A DNA stretch of 64,000 nt from an uncultured Alphaproteobacteria bacterium (GTDB lineage: Bacteria; Pseudomonadota; Alphaproteobacteria; Rs-D84), in NCBI GenBank assembly GCA_904502095.1, contig CAJGDG010000001.1:2242-66241 (forward strand), written 5' to 3'. Below the pieces are notes generated by a model that was not told the origin of the DNA, made no database searches, and worked only from the letters and a program-made list of their open reading frames with translations. A program made the translations under genes and the position numbers. Shown piece after piece: positions 28,921 through 37,022 of the stretch; the stretch's first letter is position 1; every line of letters begins with the position of its first letter.

Positions 28921-30532
28921 ATCTGGATTTTGTCATTGCAAGATATTGTGCGTCTTGGGTCTGGGGGCCTGTTTTAGCCAGTCGGCGTAACGCGCGTTGT
29001 TGGAATGTCAGTGCGCGTGCCTGTTGGTATAATGTAGAATCAATTTTTTTAAATGTTTCGTATGGGTTCAGTGGGCCGTTGGCAACGTCTGGGTATGAAA
29101 TTTTGTCGGAAGTCATTATTTGTATGTCCGGTAAGTTGATAGAATATTGCCCCAACATTGCGCGATATGTATTTACTTGTTTTTGACAATCGCTCAATAT
29201 CATTTGTATTTCTGGTGGAATTTTTTGCTTTTTGTCGGATTGTGTGGCGTGAATAGATGTTATAAAATTTAAAAATTTATCATAATTATCAGTGTTGACA
29301 TAGATGTTTGAAAAATATGGGTCCAGCAGACTTATTTCAGGATATTTTTGTGTTAACTGGGATAATCTGTCGCGTTGTGCATCGGTTATTTTTTTGTTGC
29401 GTGCGCGGGTCAGTAATTCTATTGCCTCTATGTAATCGCTGTATAACTGTTGGATGGCAGGGTGGTTAAATTTTTGCCGGTTGGATTTGTATTTGTTTGT
29501 TAAAAAAGCATAATACGCTTCGTTATAAATTTTAGTCATATTTATTCGGTGTGTTATATCCTGATACTCGTTAAGAACGAAGTCGCGTGGGCTTTTAATT
29601 TTGATTTCCTGGTCCAGAACAGAATTTGGAATAATTTCGCGGTTAAACTTTTCAATCGCCAATGACATTTGGTTGATAGATTCCAGGTGGATGTTTTCTT
29701 TGTCTTTGTCTGCATCAAATTGACGGATGATGTTTGTTGTGGCAATGAAAATTTTCATATACAAATCCGCCATCGTTGAGTTGTCTTGGTGTTTTAATGT
29801 ATATTCCATTGTGTTGGTCAAACATTCCATTTTTCGCGGATTTGTAAAAATAGAATCCAGATTTTGCAGTGCGATGTTTAATGATTTTTCAATGACGCGT
29901 TCGGGTTTTTTCATAATGTTTAAAATGTGCCCGTCGGCGATGAAGTTAAAGGCTTCTTCATCAGTTAAAACTTCGGGTTTCTTTTCAAGAGAAGTGGTTA
30001 AAATGTCATTTTTGTCCTTGATGTGAAGTTTTTCCTGTAATTCCGGAGAGATAACGTCAGTTAAAATAATTGCGTGACGGATTGGAATTTCCAGACGATC
30101 GTACAATTCAAACGGGTCAGTCATTAAATTAAACAACTGCAACATCTTGTCAAAATTGTGCGCGTATGGATTTTTGTTATAGCTTTCCACCAGTGGCGTT
30201 ATGACATCTTCTTCGGGTTCTTCTTCTTCGACTTCAAGGGGAATGATTTGCGTCGCGGTGTCGATGGGTGTTGCCTTGGTTGTGGTGTCCGGCGGTGTCA
30301 GTTTTGGTGTTTGAAGTCGTTCGATAATTTTGTTCAGTATAGTATCGTTTTTTATCGCTTCGGCAACATTGAAAGCTTTAGTCGTGTCAGGCGTTGCCGT
30401 GTTGGGGGTGGCGATAATTTCAAATTTTTTATTTGCCACAGAATCATTTTCTGCGGGTTGTGTTTGTTGGGCCTTGGCCGTTGGGGTCAGGCTTAAAAAA
30501 CTTAGAGGTAAAATAATGTTTTTCAATTTCAT
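28919..30532 (-). CDS. Secreted hypothetical protein with Thr/Pro-rich N-terminal linker (537 aa)
   Basis: Signal peptide MKLKNIILPLSFLSLTPTAKA, then TPDTT/TPPDTTTKATPIDTAT repeats. Strong promoter upstream. Confidence 0.55.
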   Translation of the reverse strand: MKLKNIILPLSFLSLTPTAKAQQTQPAENDSVANKKFEIIATPNTATPDTTKAFNVAEAIKNDTILNKIIERLQTPKLTPPDTTTKATPIDTATQIIPLEVEEEEPEEDVITPLVESYNKNPYAHNFDKMLQLFNLMTDPFELYDRLEIPIRHAIILTDVISPELQEKLHIKDKNDILTTSLEKKPEVLTDEEAFNFIADGHILNIMKKPERVIEKSLNIALQNLDSIFTNPRKMECLTNTMEYTLKHQDNSTMADLYMKIFIATTNIIRQFDADKDKENIHLESINQMSLAIEKFNREIIPNSVLDQEIKIKSPRDFVLNEYQDITHRINMTKIYNEAYYAFLTNKYKSNRQKFNHPAIQQLYSDYIEAIELLTRARNKKITDAQRDRLSQLTQKYPEISLLDPYFSNIYVNTDNYDKFLNFITSIHATQSDKKQKIPPEIQMILSDCQKQVNTYRAMLGQYSINLPDIQIMTSDKISYPDVANGPLNPYETFKKIDSTLYQQARALTFQQRALRRLAKTGPQTQDAQYLAMTKSR

Positions 30533-30559
30533 TGATTTTACAGTGTTTTCTTTGGGGAA

Positions 30560-30589
30560 ATTATATCATTTTAATGTGTTTTTTGTCAA
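30560..30589 (-). promoter_or_regulatory. Sigma70 promoter for the 28919..30532 gene
   Basis: Minus-strand TTGACA-18 nt-TATAAT about 25 nt upstream of the ATG at 30532. Confidence 0.6.
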
Positions 30590-30625
30590 TGATATAACCC
30601 CATGATTTTTTCATGGGGTTATTTT

Positions 30626-31705
30626 TTAATCGATTTTTACAGAAAATATAGTTTGTTGTTTTTCTGTGTCCAATGGGTGGTATTGAAATGGCACAGATGC
30701 AAAGTCTATGGTTTTCATATCGATACTGCGAATAGTCCGATTGTACATTGTGTGATAATAAATGACTTTGTTTTTTAAATCTGTCGCGATTGTCCATTGG
30801 GTTGCTGCGGGAATATTTGTTGGCGATTTGCCGACCGCGAATTGTACCCCTGATGGTACATCGACATTGTTTAAAATATGAAAAGCTTGTTCTGCGGATT
30901 TTTCGCCGGTTGGTTGGGTCTGTGCAAATGTTTTTAAAAACGCTGCACGAACAAAACGGGAAGGTGGTGTAAAATCGCCCGGCAGCCCCAAGAACCCAGA
31001 ACCAGAACCAAAAGAACGTAATGTAATTGGGCCGAATTGTGTTGGACCTGCGCCGCCTGGGTGCAGATTGACATAGTTGTTCAAGTTTGTCATTTGCCAT
31101 GGAAAGCCCGGAGAATTTGTTAAAACCCCAATTTCGTTTTCATAAAAGTTTGGACGTCCGTCTACGATTTCCAGTACAACTTGGCGGCCCGATGGTTCGG
31201 TTATACGCCAGTGAACGGTTGATGCACTGGGGTCGACGTTTATGATTCTGACATCGTTTATCGCGGCTTTTACTTGGTCAATAGTTGAAAAGCGTGACAG
31301 TATCCATGATACAACTTGGAAGTCCGCCAAAGAAATATCTTTGGAATTTTCGTTGTATTCTTGATATTTACCGTAATTTGGGAAATAGAACAGGGCAGCA
31401 GACAGACCTGCTTCGTTTGTACCGTCAACGATAAATTCTGGTTCGGCGGCCGCCAGTCCTGCGTACCCATACAGCGAAACAAATGACAGGCCGTCCATAG
31501 TGCCGTCTGGCAACAGTGATTGTTGATTGTGTCCACGTGGCACAACTACGTACATATTGTTGTTTTCTGCGCGCGACCAATCCATTGTTCGTGCGACGAC
31601 GGTTGCGTTATCTTCGGATTTAAGTGTAATGCCTGTACAGGCATTCGCGTTTTGAATCAGTGCGATACACGCGGCAAGTGTTGCAAAAAGTTTAATTTTA
31701 TTCAT
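30626..31705 (-). CDS. Choloylglycine hydrolase / penicillin V acylase family Ntn-hydrolase (linear amide C-N hydrolase)
   Basis: Trimmed to Met 31705 (AAGGAGG RBS). Signal peptide MNKIKLFATLAACIALIQNANA, followed directly by the nucleophile Cys in CTGITLKSEDNATVVARTMDW (family pattern C-T...R-x-MDW). Confidence 0.7.
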   Translation of the reverse strand: MNKIKLFATLAACIALIQNANACTGITLKSEDNATVVARTMDWSRAENNNMYVVVPRGHNQQSLLPDGTMDGLSFVSLYGYAGLAAAEPEFIVDGTNEAGLSAALFYFPNYGKYQEYNENSKDISLADFQVVSWILSRFSTIDQVKAAINDVRIINVDPSASTVHWRITEPSGRQVVLEIVDGRPNFYENEIGVLTNSPGFPWQMTNLNNYVNLHPGGAGPTQFGPITLRSFGSGSGFLGLPGDFTPPSRFVRAAFLKTFAQTQPTGEKSAEQAFHILNNVDVPSGVQFAVGKSPTNIPAATQWTIATDLKNKVIYYHTMYNRTIRSIDMKTIDFASVPFQYHPLDTEKQQTIFSVKID

Positions 31706-31813
31706 GGCAAAGCCTCCTTTGGTCTTATATAAATTATTTATAAGTTGGGTATTATTCGCCATAGGAACCTTTTGGCTGTTAAATTTCTGCGTGCAAAATG
31801 TATTCGTGATGCA

Positions 31814-31870
31814 TATAATACGCGGTGCTTGGGGCATAGTTTAATGGTAGAACTCCGGACTCTGACTCCA
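31814..31870 (+). pseudogene. Truncated duplicate of the tRNA-Gln promoter (-10) plus the tRNA 5' half through the anticodon loop
   Basis: tataatacgcggtgcttggggcatagtttaatggtagaactccggactctgactcc versus 35015..35071 tataatccgcggtgcttggggcatagtttaacggtagaactccggactctgactcc (2 mismatches). The sequence diverges after the anticodon stem. No T-arm or acceptor 3' strand follows. Confidence 0.75.
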
Positions 31871-32055
31871 CATATGCTACACAACAAAAAAATCCCAGAT
31901 TTCTGCGTATTTTAGCCTGATTTACTAGCAAAATGGCCGTTTAACATTTGTGCATATCACTGCATACAGGTTGGTTTAAGTTGGTTTGTATATGGTTTCA
32001 GTTTTACATATTTTTTACACACAAATTTTGGACTTTATTTTATATCAACAAACAA

Positions 32056-32083
32056 TTGACCTTTGCTAAAAATATGGTATAAA
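32056..32083 (+). promoter_or_regulatory. Candidate sigma70 promoter for valS
   Basis: TTGACC-16 nt-TATAAA, about 40 nt upstream of ATG 32124 (AGGTGG RBS). An AT-rich upstream block contains ttttacatattttttacac, which also occurs upstream of tRNA-Gln. Confidence 0.5.
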
Positions 32084-32123
32084 AGACAAGCAGTTTAACA
32101 ATTAAAAAACTAGGTGGAAAAAA

Positions 32124-34730
32124 ATGAAATACAAAACACAAAAAGAATTAGACAGCCGCCTAGATATTTGCGCAATTGAAAATAGATGCGCAAATTTCTG
32201 GGAGAATACGAACACGTATGCATACGATGCAACTGCTTCTCGCGTCAATTCTTTTGTCGTCGATACTCCACCACCAACCGTATCTGGTTCTTTACATGTC
32301 GGGCATATTTTTAGTTATACACAAACAGATTTAATTGCGCGCTTTCAGCGCATGTGTGGCAAATCCGTATTTTATCCAATCGGTTGGGATGATAATGGTT
32401 TGCCAACAGAAAGACGCGTTCAAAATTACTATAATATCGCATGTAATCCAAAACTGCCTTATGACCCGGATTTTACCCCAGCGCATAATCCAGATGATAA
32501 ATCGCCACGTCGCGAGGTTTCACGCCGCAATTTTATAGAGGCTTGTAAAATATTGACCGAACAAGATGAAAAGGTTTTTGAAGATTTATTCCGTAGAATT
32601 GGGCATTCTTATGATTGGAACTTGAAATATTCAACAATTAGTGATGAGGCAATTAAATTATCACAGGCATCGTTTATTGATTTGTTTAATAAAGGACATA
32701 CACGTTCTGTTTATGCGCCAACAATGTGGGATGTGACCTTTAGGTCTGCGATTGCACAGGCAGAGGTTGAAGACCGCGAAGTTGATGGTTTTTTTCATGA
32801 CTTGGAATTCAAAGTTCAAGGATCAGATAAAACATTTGTTATTGCAACAACAAGACCAGAATTATTACCTGCTTGTATTGCAATTGTTGCACATCCAGAT
32901 GATGAAAGATATGCGGATTTATTTGGTAAAAATGCGATAGTTCCATTGTTTGATGTGATTGTTCCTATTGTACCATCTGAACATGCAGAAAAAGATAAAG
33001 GTACAGGTATTATGATGGTCTGCACATTTGGTGATGCCGCAGACGTTGCGTGGTGGAAACAATCTGGCTTGCCAATTAAACAAATTATTGGACTAGATGG
33101 TCATTTGATGGATGTTAAATTTGGCGAAGATGCATTTGAAACATTAAACGAAGATAAAGCCAATAAAAATTATTCTCAGTTGACTGGATTGTCTGCCGCA
33201 GATGCAAAACGTAAAATCGTTGAGTTATTACGTGCTGATGGTGCTTTGTTAGGCGAACCACGACCAATCAAGCATTTTGTAAAGTTTTATGAAAAAGGCA
33301 ATTTGCCATTAGAATTTGTATCTTCGCGCCAATGGTTTATAAAACTGTTGGAACATAAAGATGAATTAGTTGATGCAGGTATGAAAATCAACTGGAAACC
33401 ATCTTTTATGCAGGCGCGTTTTGTTGATTGGGCAAAGAATTTGAATCAAGATTGGTGTATCAGTCGTCAAAGATTTTTTGGTGTGCCGTTCCCTGTTTGG
33501 TATAAGTTAGATAATGCTGGCAACCCAGATTTTGATAATCCAATTATTGCAGATTTAGACCAGTTGCCTGTTGACCCAATGAGTATGGCACCACGTGGTT
33601 ATACAGAAGATATGCGCGGAAAAAATGGTGGGTTTATCGGTGACCCAGATGTTATGGATACTTGGGCAACCAGTTCATTGACACCACAGTTGGCAATGTC
33701 TATTGCGCCAAAGGGGTCGGATTTGTCTTTGCCAATGGATATCAGACCACAGGCGCACGAAATTATCCGGACGTGGGCATTTTATACCGTAGCCAAAGCA
33801 CTATTACATGAAAATAAATTGCCATGGTACAATGCTTTGATAAGTGGCTTTATCTTGGACCCAGATAGAAAGAAAATGAGTAAGTCCAAAGGCAATGTGG
33901 TGACACCTGCACACTTGATAGACCAATATTCTGCAGATGCGGTTCGGTATTGGGCGGCCAAGGCGCGTTTGGGTATGGATACTGCATTTGATGAAAAAAT
34001 GATGTCACAGGGGCATAAGTTTATCGTCAAATTGTTTAATGCCAGTAGATTTGTGTTCGGTATAGTCGGCAATAGTTCTGTTGTTGCAGAATCTGACTAT
34101 AAGAAATATATCACAAACCCAATGGATAAGTCTTGGTTGCATACTGTGGCGGATGCGTCTGCAATGGCAACACGTGCATTCAATGATTATGATTATGCAA
34201 CCGCGTTGGATGTAATGGAATCACGTTTTTGGAATTTTTGTGATAACTATTTAGAAATAGTAAAGACCCGTGCGTATTCAGATGATAGTTCTTCTGCAAT
34301 TGCGACACTGATGTTCACGATTGATGTATTTGTAAAGCATTTTGCACCATTCTGTCCGTTTATTACCGAAGAAATCTTTCAATCTAGACCATGGGGAACA
34401 AGTGAAAAATCTTTACACAACCAATCGTGGATTATGGAAGAAGACTTTGTTGGCATAACCGCAGATGATAGTGTTTTATATGATTCAACAGTAAAAGTTG
34501 TTTCAGATATTCGTGGTGCAAAATCTGAAAATGGCAAATCTCAGAAAACACCTGTATTATCCATAACAATATCTGCGCCAGCACAAATCTGTGATATCTT
34601 ACGTACAGGCGAAACAGATTTGATAAATGTGGGTAGTGTTGTCCCATCGGGTATAAAATATGTAGATGCGCCTGAATTTGCGACATCTGATATTGTACTT
34701 GATATGGATTTTGTTCAGATAAAAAAATAA
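32124..34730 (+). CDS. valS: Class I aminoacyl-tRNA synthetase, most likely valine--tRNA ligase of the archaeal/Rickettsiales type
   Basis: DTPPPTVSGSLHVGHIFSYTQTDLIARFQRMCGKSVFYPIGWDDNGLPTE is the PPP(T/N)V(S/T)G..H.GH signature of ValRS. KMSKSKGN motif. Compact 868-aa length. Confidence 0.6.
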   Translation: MKYKTQKELDSRLDICAIENRCANFWENTNTYAYDATASRVNSFVVDTPPPTVSGSLHVGHIFSYTQTDLIARFQRMCGKSVFYPIGWDDNGLPTERRVQNYYNIACNPKLPYDPDFTPAHNPDDKSPRREVSRRNFIEACKILTEQDEKVFEDLFRRIGHSYDWNLKYSTISDEAIKLSQASFIDLFNKGHTRSVYAPTMWDVTFRSAIAQAEVEDREVDGFFHDLEFKVQGSDKTFVIATTRPELLPACIAIVAHPDDERYADLFGKNAIVPLFDVIVPIVPSEHAEKDKGTGIMMVCTFGDAADVAWWKQSGLPIKQIIGLDGHLMDVKFGEDAFETLNEDKANKNYSQLTGLSAADAKRKIVELLRADGALLGEPRPIKHFVKFYEKGNLPLEFVSSRQWFIKLLEHKDELVDAGMKINWKPSFMQARFVDWAKNLNQDWCISRQRFFGVPFPVWYKLDNAGNPDFDNPIIADLDQLPVDPMSMAPRGYTEDMRGKNGGFIGDPDVMDTWATSSLTPQLAMSIAPKGSDLSLPMDIRPQAHEIIRTWAFYTVAKALLHENKLPWYNALISGFILDPDRKKMSKSKGNVVTPAHLIDQYSADAVRYWAAKARLGMDTAFDEKMMSQGHKFIVKLFNASRFVFGIVGNSSVVAESDYKKYITNPMDKSWLHTVADASAMATRAFNDYDYATALDVMESRFWNFCDNYLEIVKTRAYSDDSSSAIATLMFTIDVFVKHFAPFCPFITEEIFQSRPWGTSEKSLHNQSWIMEEDFVGITADDSVLYDSTVKVVSDIRGAKSENGKSQKTPVLSITISAPAQICDILRTGETDLINVGSVVPSGIKYVDAPEFATSDIVLDMDFVQIKK

Positions 34731-34745
34731 TAAGAAAACAATATG

Positions 34746-34772
34746 AAAGGCGACCTTTTGGTCGTCTTTTTT
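34746..34772 (+). terminator. Intrinsic terminator after valS
   Basis: aaaggcgaccttttggtcgtctttttt. Confidence 0.7.
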
Positions 34773-34991
34773 ATTAAAAAGTAGTGTTCTTTTGAGTGTT
34801 TTCCAGACCGGCGGACTAGCGGAACAATGGTCTGGCAAAATTAAAAGTGTTGGAAAAGTGGCGGTTTTAATGTAAAATCAAGGCGATGGCAGTTGTTTTT
34901 GTACATATTAAATACATATTTTACATGTGTAAAAGTGCTTTCGTTTTGCAAAAAATTTTACATATTTTTTACACGAGTATTAACTTTCTAC

Positions 34992-35020
34992 TTGCATTGA
35001 AAATAAAAAAGCCTTATAAT
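34992..35020 (+). promoter_or_regulatory. tRNA-Gln promoter
   Basis: TTGCAT-17 nt-TATAAT, ending 10 nt before the tRNA 5' end. Confidence 0.65.
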
Positions 35021-35030
35021 CCGCGGTGCT

Positions 35031-35104
35031 TGGGGCATAGTTTAACGGTAGAACTCCGGACTCTGACTCCGTCGGTGTTGGTTCGAATCCAGCTGCCCCA
35101 ACCA
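35031..35104 (+). tRNA. tRNA-Gln (anticodon CUG)
   Basis: Cloverleaf. Acceptor TGGGGCA/TGCCCCA with U1-A72 as in bacterial tRNA-Gln. D-stem GTTT/GAAC. Anticodon loop CTCTGAC. T-arm GTTGG-TTCGAAT-CCAGC. Discriminator A. Encoded CCA. Confidence 0.85.
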
Positions 35105-35141
35105 AAAATTCAACCCGTCACAAGACGGGTTTAATTTTTGG
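35105..35141 (+). terminator. Intrinsic terminator after tRNA-Gln
   Basis: aacccgtcacaagacgggtttaattttt. Confidence 0.65.
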
Positions 35142-35335
35142 TTCTGTGGTGCGTTGGTTTGTATCATGCAACAAAATTTGTTGCGCTGGTTCGACAATGA
35201 GTAAGCGAGAACAAACAAAGTGCAGTTCGAGTGCTAACGAATGCCCCGCAGGCATTTTTATGCCGAGGGAATCCAGCTGCGGCCGACCAAGATAAACAAC
35301 CCCACCAACAAAGGCGGGTTTTTGTTTGGATGCTA
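35141..35335 (+). ncRNA. Candidate small RNA or structured intergenic element (unassigned family)
   Basis: No credible ORF. Internal hairpins (aatgccccgcaggcatt). It ends in a terminator-like module gaccaagataaacaaccccaccaacaaaggcgggttttt. That 3' module recurs at 36075..36125. Strand and ends are uncertain. Confidence 0.3.
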
Positions 35336-35396
35336 ATAATTTCACCGAGTTCGAAAGTTTAAATAAAAAAAGTGGTGAAAAACCACCACTTTCGAA

Positions 35397-35825
35397 CTAT
35401 TTTGTTTTTGTTTGTTTGTGTTTCGCTAAAATTTCACGTCTAACTAACTGTTCTCGTGCCATATAAAAACCAAAATAGTGATTTTCTAGGTTCTTTGTGT
35501 CAGAGAAATAAAACTGATTTCCGGAACCACCACGAGATACACCTGTTACTGCGATTTCTTGTTCTTCTAGTTTGTCCGAAGAATCAAATGTAACATTTTC
35601 AACAAAGGCGTCCCATTCGATGTTTGGGTAGATTTTAGTTGCCAAATATAGGTTCGCACTATTTACGTCAGTGAAGTGTAACTTTGGCATATCTGCAAAT
35701 TTTTGTTTATTTCTATTTTTATTGAAAATATTGTATGCAGAATATGCAATACTGGGTTTGTTGTCTTTATCTATATACAAGACAACAAAATAAAATTTGG
35801 TAAAAAACGGAATTGTTTTTTTCAT
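35397..35825 (-). CDS. Hypothetical protein (142 aa)
   Basis: ORF with a hairpin terminator downstream (agtggtgaaaaaccaccact at about 35372-35395, read on the minus strand). A minus-strand TTGACA-17-TATCTT promoter lies upstream. Confidence 0.45.
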   Translation of the reverse strand: MKKTIPFFTKFYFVVLYIDKDNKPSIAYSAYNIFNKNRNKQKFADMPKLHFTDVNSANLYLATKIYPNIEWDAFVENVTFDSSDKLEEQEIAVTGVSRGGSGNQFYFSDTKNLENHYFGFYMAREQLVRREILAKHKQTKTK

Positions 35826-35909
35826 TTGGTTTCCTTTATGTTTGTTGCTGTATTTACAAGATAATGTATAAACAATGTGTTGTCAAGCAGTGATTGACAA
35901 ATAAATAAC

Positions 35910-35938
35910 TTGACAACCGTTTGCAAATGTGTACAATT
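35910..35938 (+). promoter_or_regulatory. Sigma70 promoter driving a non-coding leader or sRNA
   Basis: TTGACA-16 nt-TACAAT (cttgacaaccgtttgcaaatgtgtacaat). Confidence 0.5.
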
Positions 35939-35945
35939 GTAGTGC

Positions 35946-36125
35946 GAAGAGAATAAAAGTTGCTGGCAGTTGCCAGATTTTTTTATTTCTGTGCATATTT
36001 CTTGAAATTTTAAATGTCTAATCACTTTGCTAATCTCTTGTCCAAATTCCATCAATTCGGCTCGCGAATTGCATGACGAGCACAACCAAGATAGACAAGC
36101 CCGCCAATAAAGGTGGGGGGCTTTG
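35946..36125 (+). ncRNA. Candidate sRNA or structured 5' leader
   Basis: Starts downstream of the promoter at 35910. Early terminator-like hairpin gctggcagttgccag followed by T7. Ends with the module caaccaagatagacaagcccgccaataaaggtggggggcttt followed by a T-run, paralogous to the 3' end of 35141..35335. No ORF. Confidence 0.35.
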
Positions 36126-36176
36126 TCTTTCTTGTTTTTTTGTGATATAATTCACATAAATAACAAAGGTAGAAAC

Positions 36177-36587
36177 ATGAAAAGATGGCAAGAATTTTTG
36201 TTTTGGGTTGTATGTATTTCTTTGATTGATGTCTTTTTTTTGGGTGTGAAAAATTTGACAGGAATCGTTCTGTTAAATAAATGGGCGCCTGTTGTGGCTT
36301 CGTTTATAATGTTTGTTATTGGATGGATTGGTGTCTGGTTTGCTGTAAAGTCATTAAAGCACAAGCGTACAAATACTGAAAAAAAGAATCGGCTGATAAC
36401 GGGTTTTGTTTGTGTAGTAGAGGTTTGGTCAGTCTTTTTGGTGTTTGATACAGTAGAATATTTCCTGGAAAATGATATGTTGCGAAAATCTTATTTTGGC
36501 ATCATTATCATTGTGTCAATGTTTCTGGGGTGGGCTGCGGCGCGGGTGGAGCCTGTTTTATTCAAACAAAAGAAAAAACGAAAGTAA
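36177..36587 (+). CDS. Integral membrane protein, hypothetical (4 TM helices). ORF trimmed to MKRWQEF.
   Basis: Hydrophobic helices throughout. Extended -10 TGTGATATAAT about 25 nt upstream. AAAGGTAG RBS. Confidence 0.5.
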   Translation: MKRWQEFLFWVVCISLIDVFFLGVKNLTGIVLLNKWAPVVASFIMFVIGWIGVWFAVKSLKHKRTNTEKKNRLITGFVCVVEVWSVFLVFDTVEYFLENDMLRKSYFGIIIIVSMFLGWAAARVEPVLFKQKKKRK

Positions 36588-36623
36588 TATAGGGGTGTTA
36601 GGTTTTAGGCCGAATGTTGTGTT

Positions 36624-36650
36624 AAAAAACGCCCGTTGGGGCGTTTTTTA
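36624..36650. terminator. Bidirectional terminator (aacgccc..gggcgtt family)
   Basis: aaaaaacgcccgttggggcgtttttta. Confidence 0.65.
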
Positions 36651-36875
36651 ACGTTCTTTGCCGTCGTATTTATAAAGCGCCAAACCCACCAGCATTGCGG
36701 CGCCGCCTGCAAGTGCCGTCTTTGCGATTGTTTCGTCGCTGGCGCAATCTTCGGTGCTGATGCCTTGGGATTGTGCTTCTAATTTATAGTCGTCTGTTCC
36801 CGCAGCAAACAGGGCTGCAAAACCGCCGCCAGAAATCAAAATAATACCAAGTGCTTTACGAAATTTCTTTTTCAT
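36648..36875 (-). CDS. Small glycine-zipper membrane protein (75 aa)
   Basis: AAGGAG RBS. Two GxxxG-rich helices (ILISGGGFAALFAAG and LAGGAAMLVGLAL). Consensus promoter (TTGACA-16-TATATT) at about 36903-36931 on the minus strand. Confidence 0.55.
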   Translation of the reverse strand: MKKKFRKALGIILISGGGFAALFAAGTDDYKLEAQSQGISTEDCASDETIAKTALAGGAAMLVGLALYKYDGKER

Positions 36876-37022
36876 GTTTATTGCTCCTTAAATTTCACAT
36901 TTAAATATAGTACAATAAATCGGTTTGTCAAGTGTGTTTTTGTGATATTTTGTGTTGATAATTTTTTATTATGTGGTACAAATTCCTATAAGGAAGGATT
37001 TTTTAAAAAAGGAGATGTTTTT

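Noticed and set aside
28919-30532. 537-aa secreted protein as a type IV effector
   Set aside because: It has a classical Sec signal peptide and no recognisable effector domain. Left as hypothetical.
34886-35134. 82-aa ORF
   Set aside because: It reads straight through the tRNA-Gln promoter and gene.
35118-36085. Minus-strand ORFs 35118..35345 and 35822..36085
   Set aside because: No RBS. They overlap promoter and terminator elements and the candidate sRNA regions. More likely non-coding.
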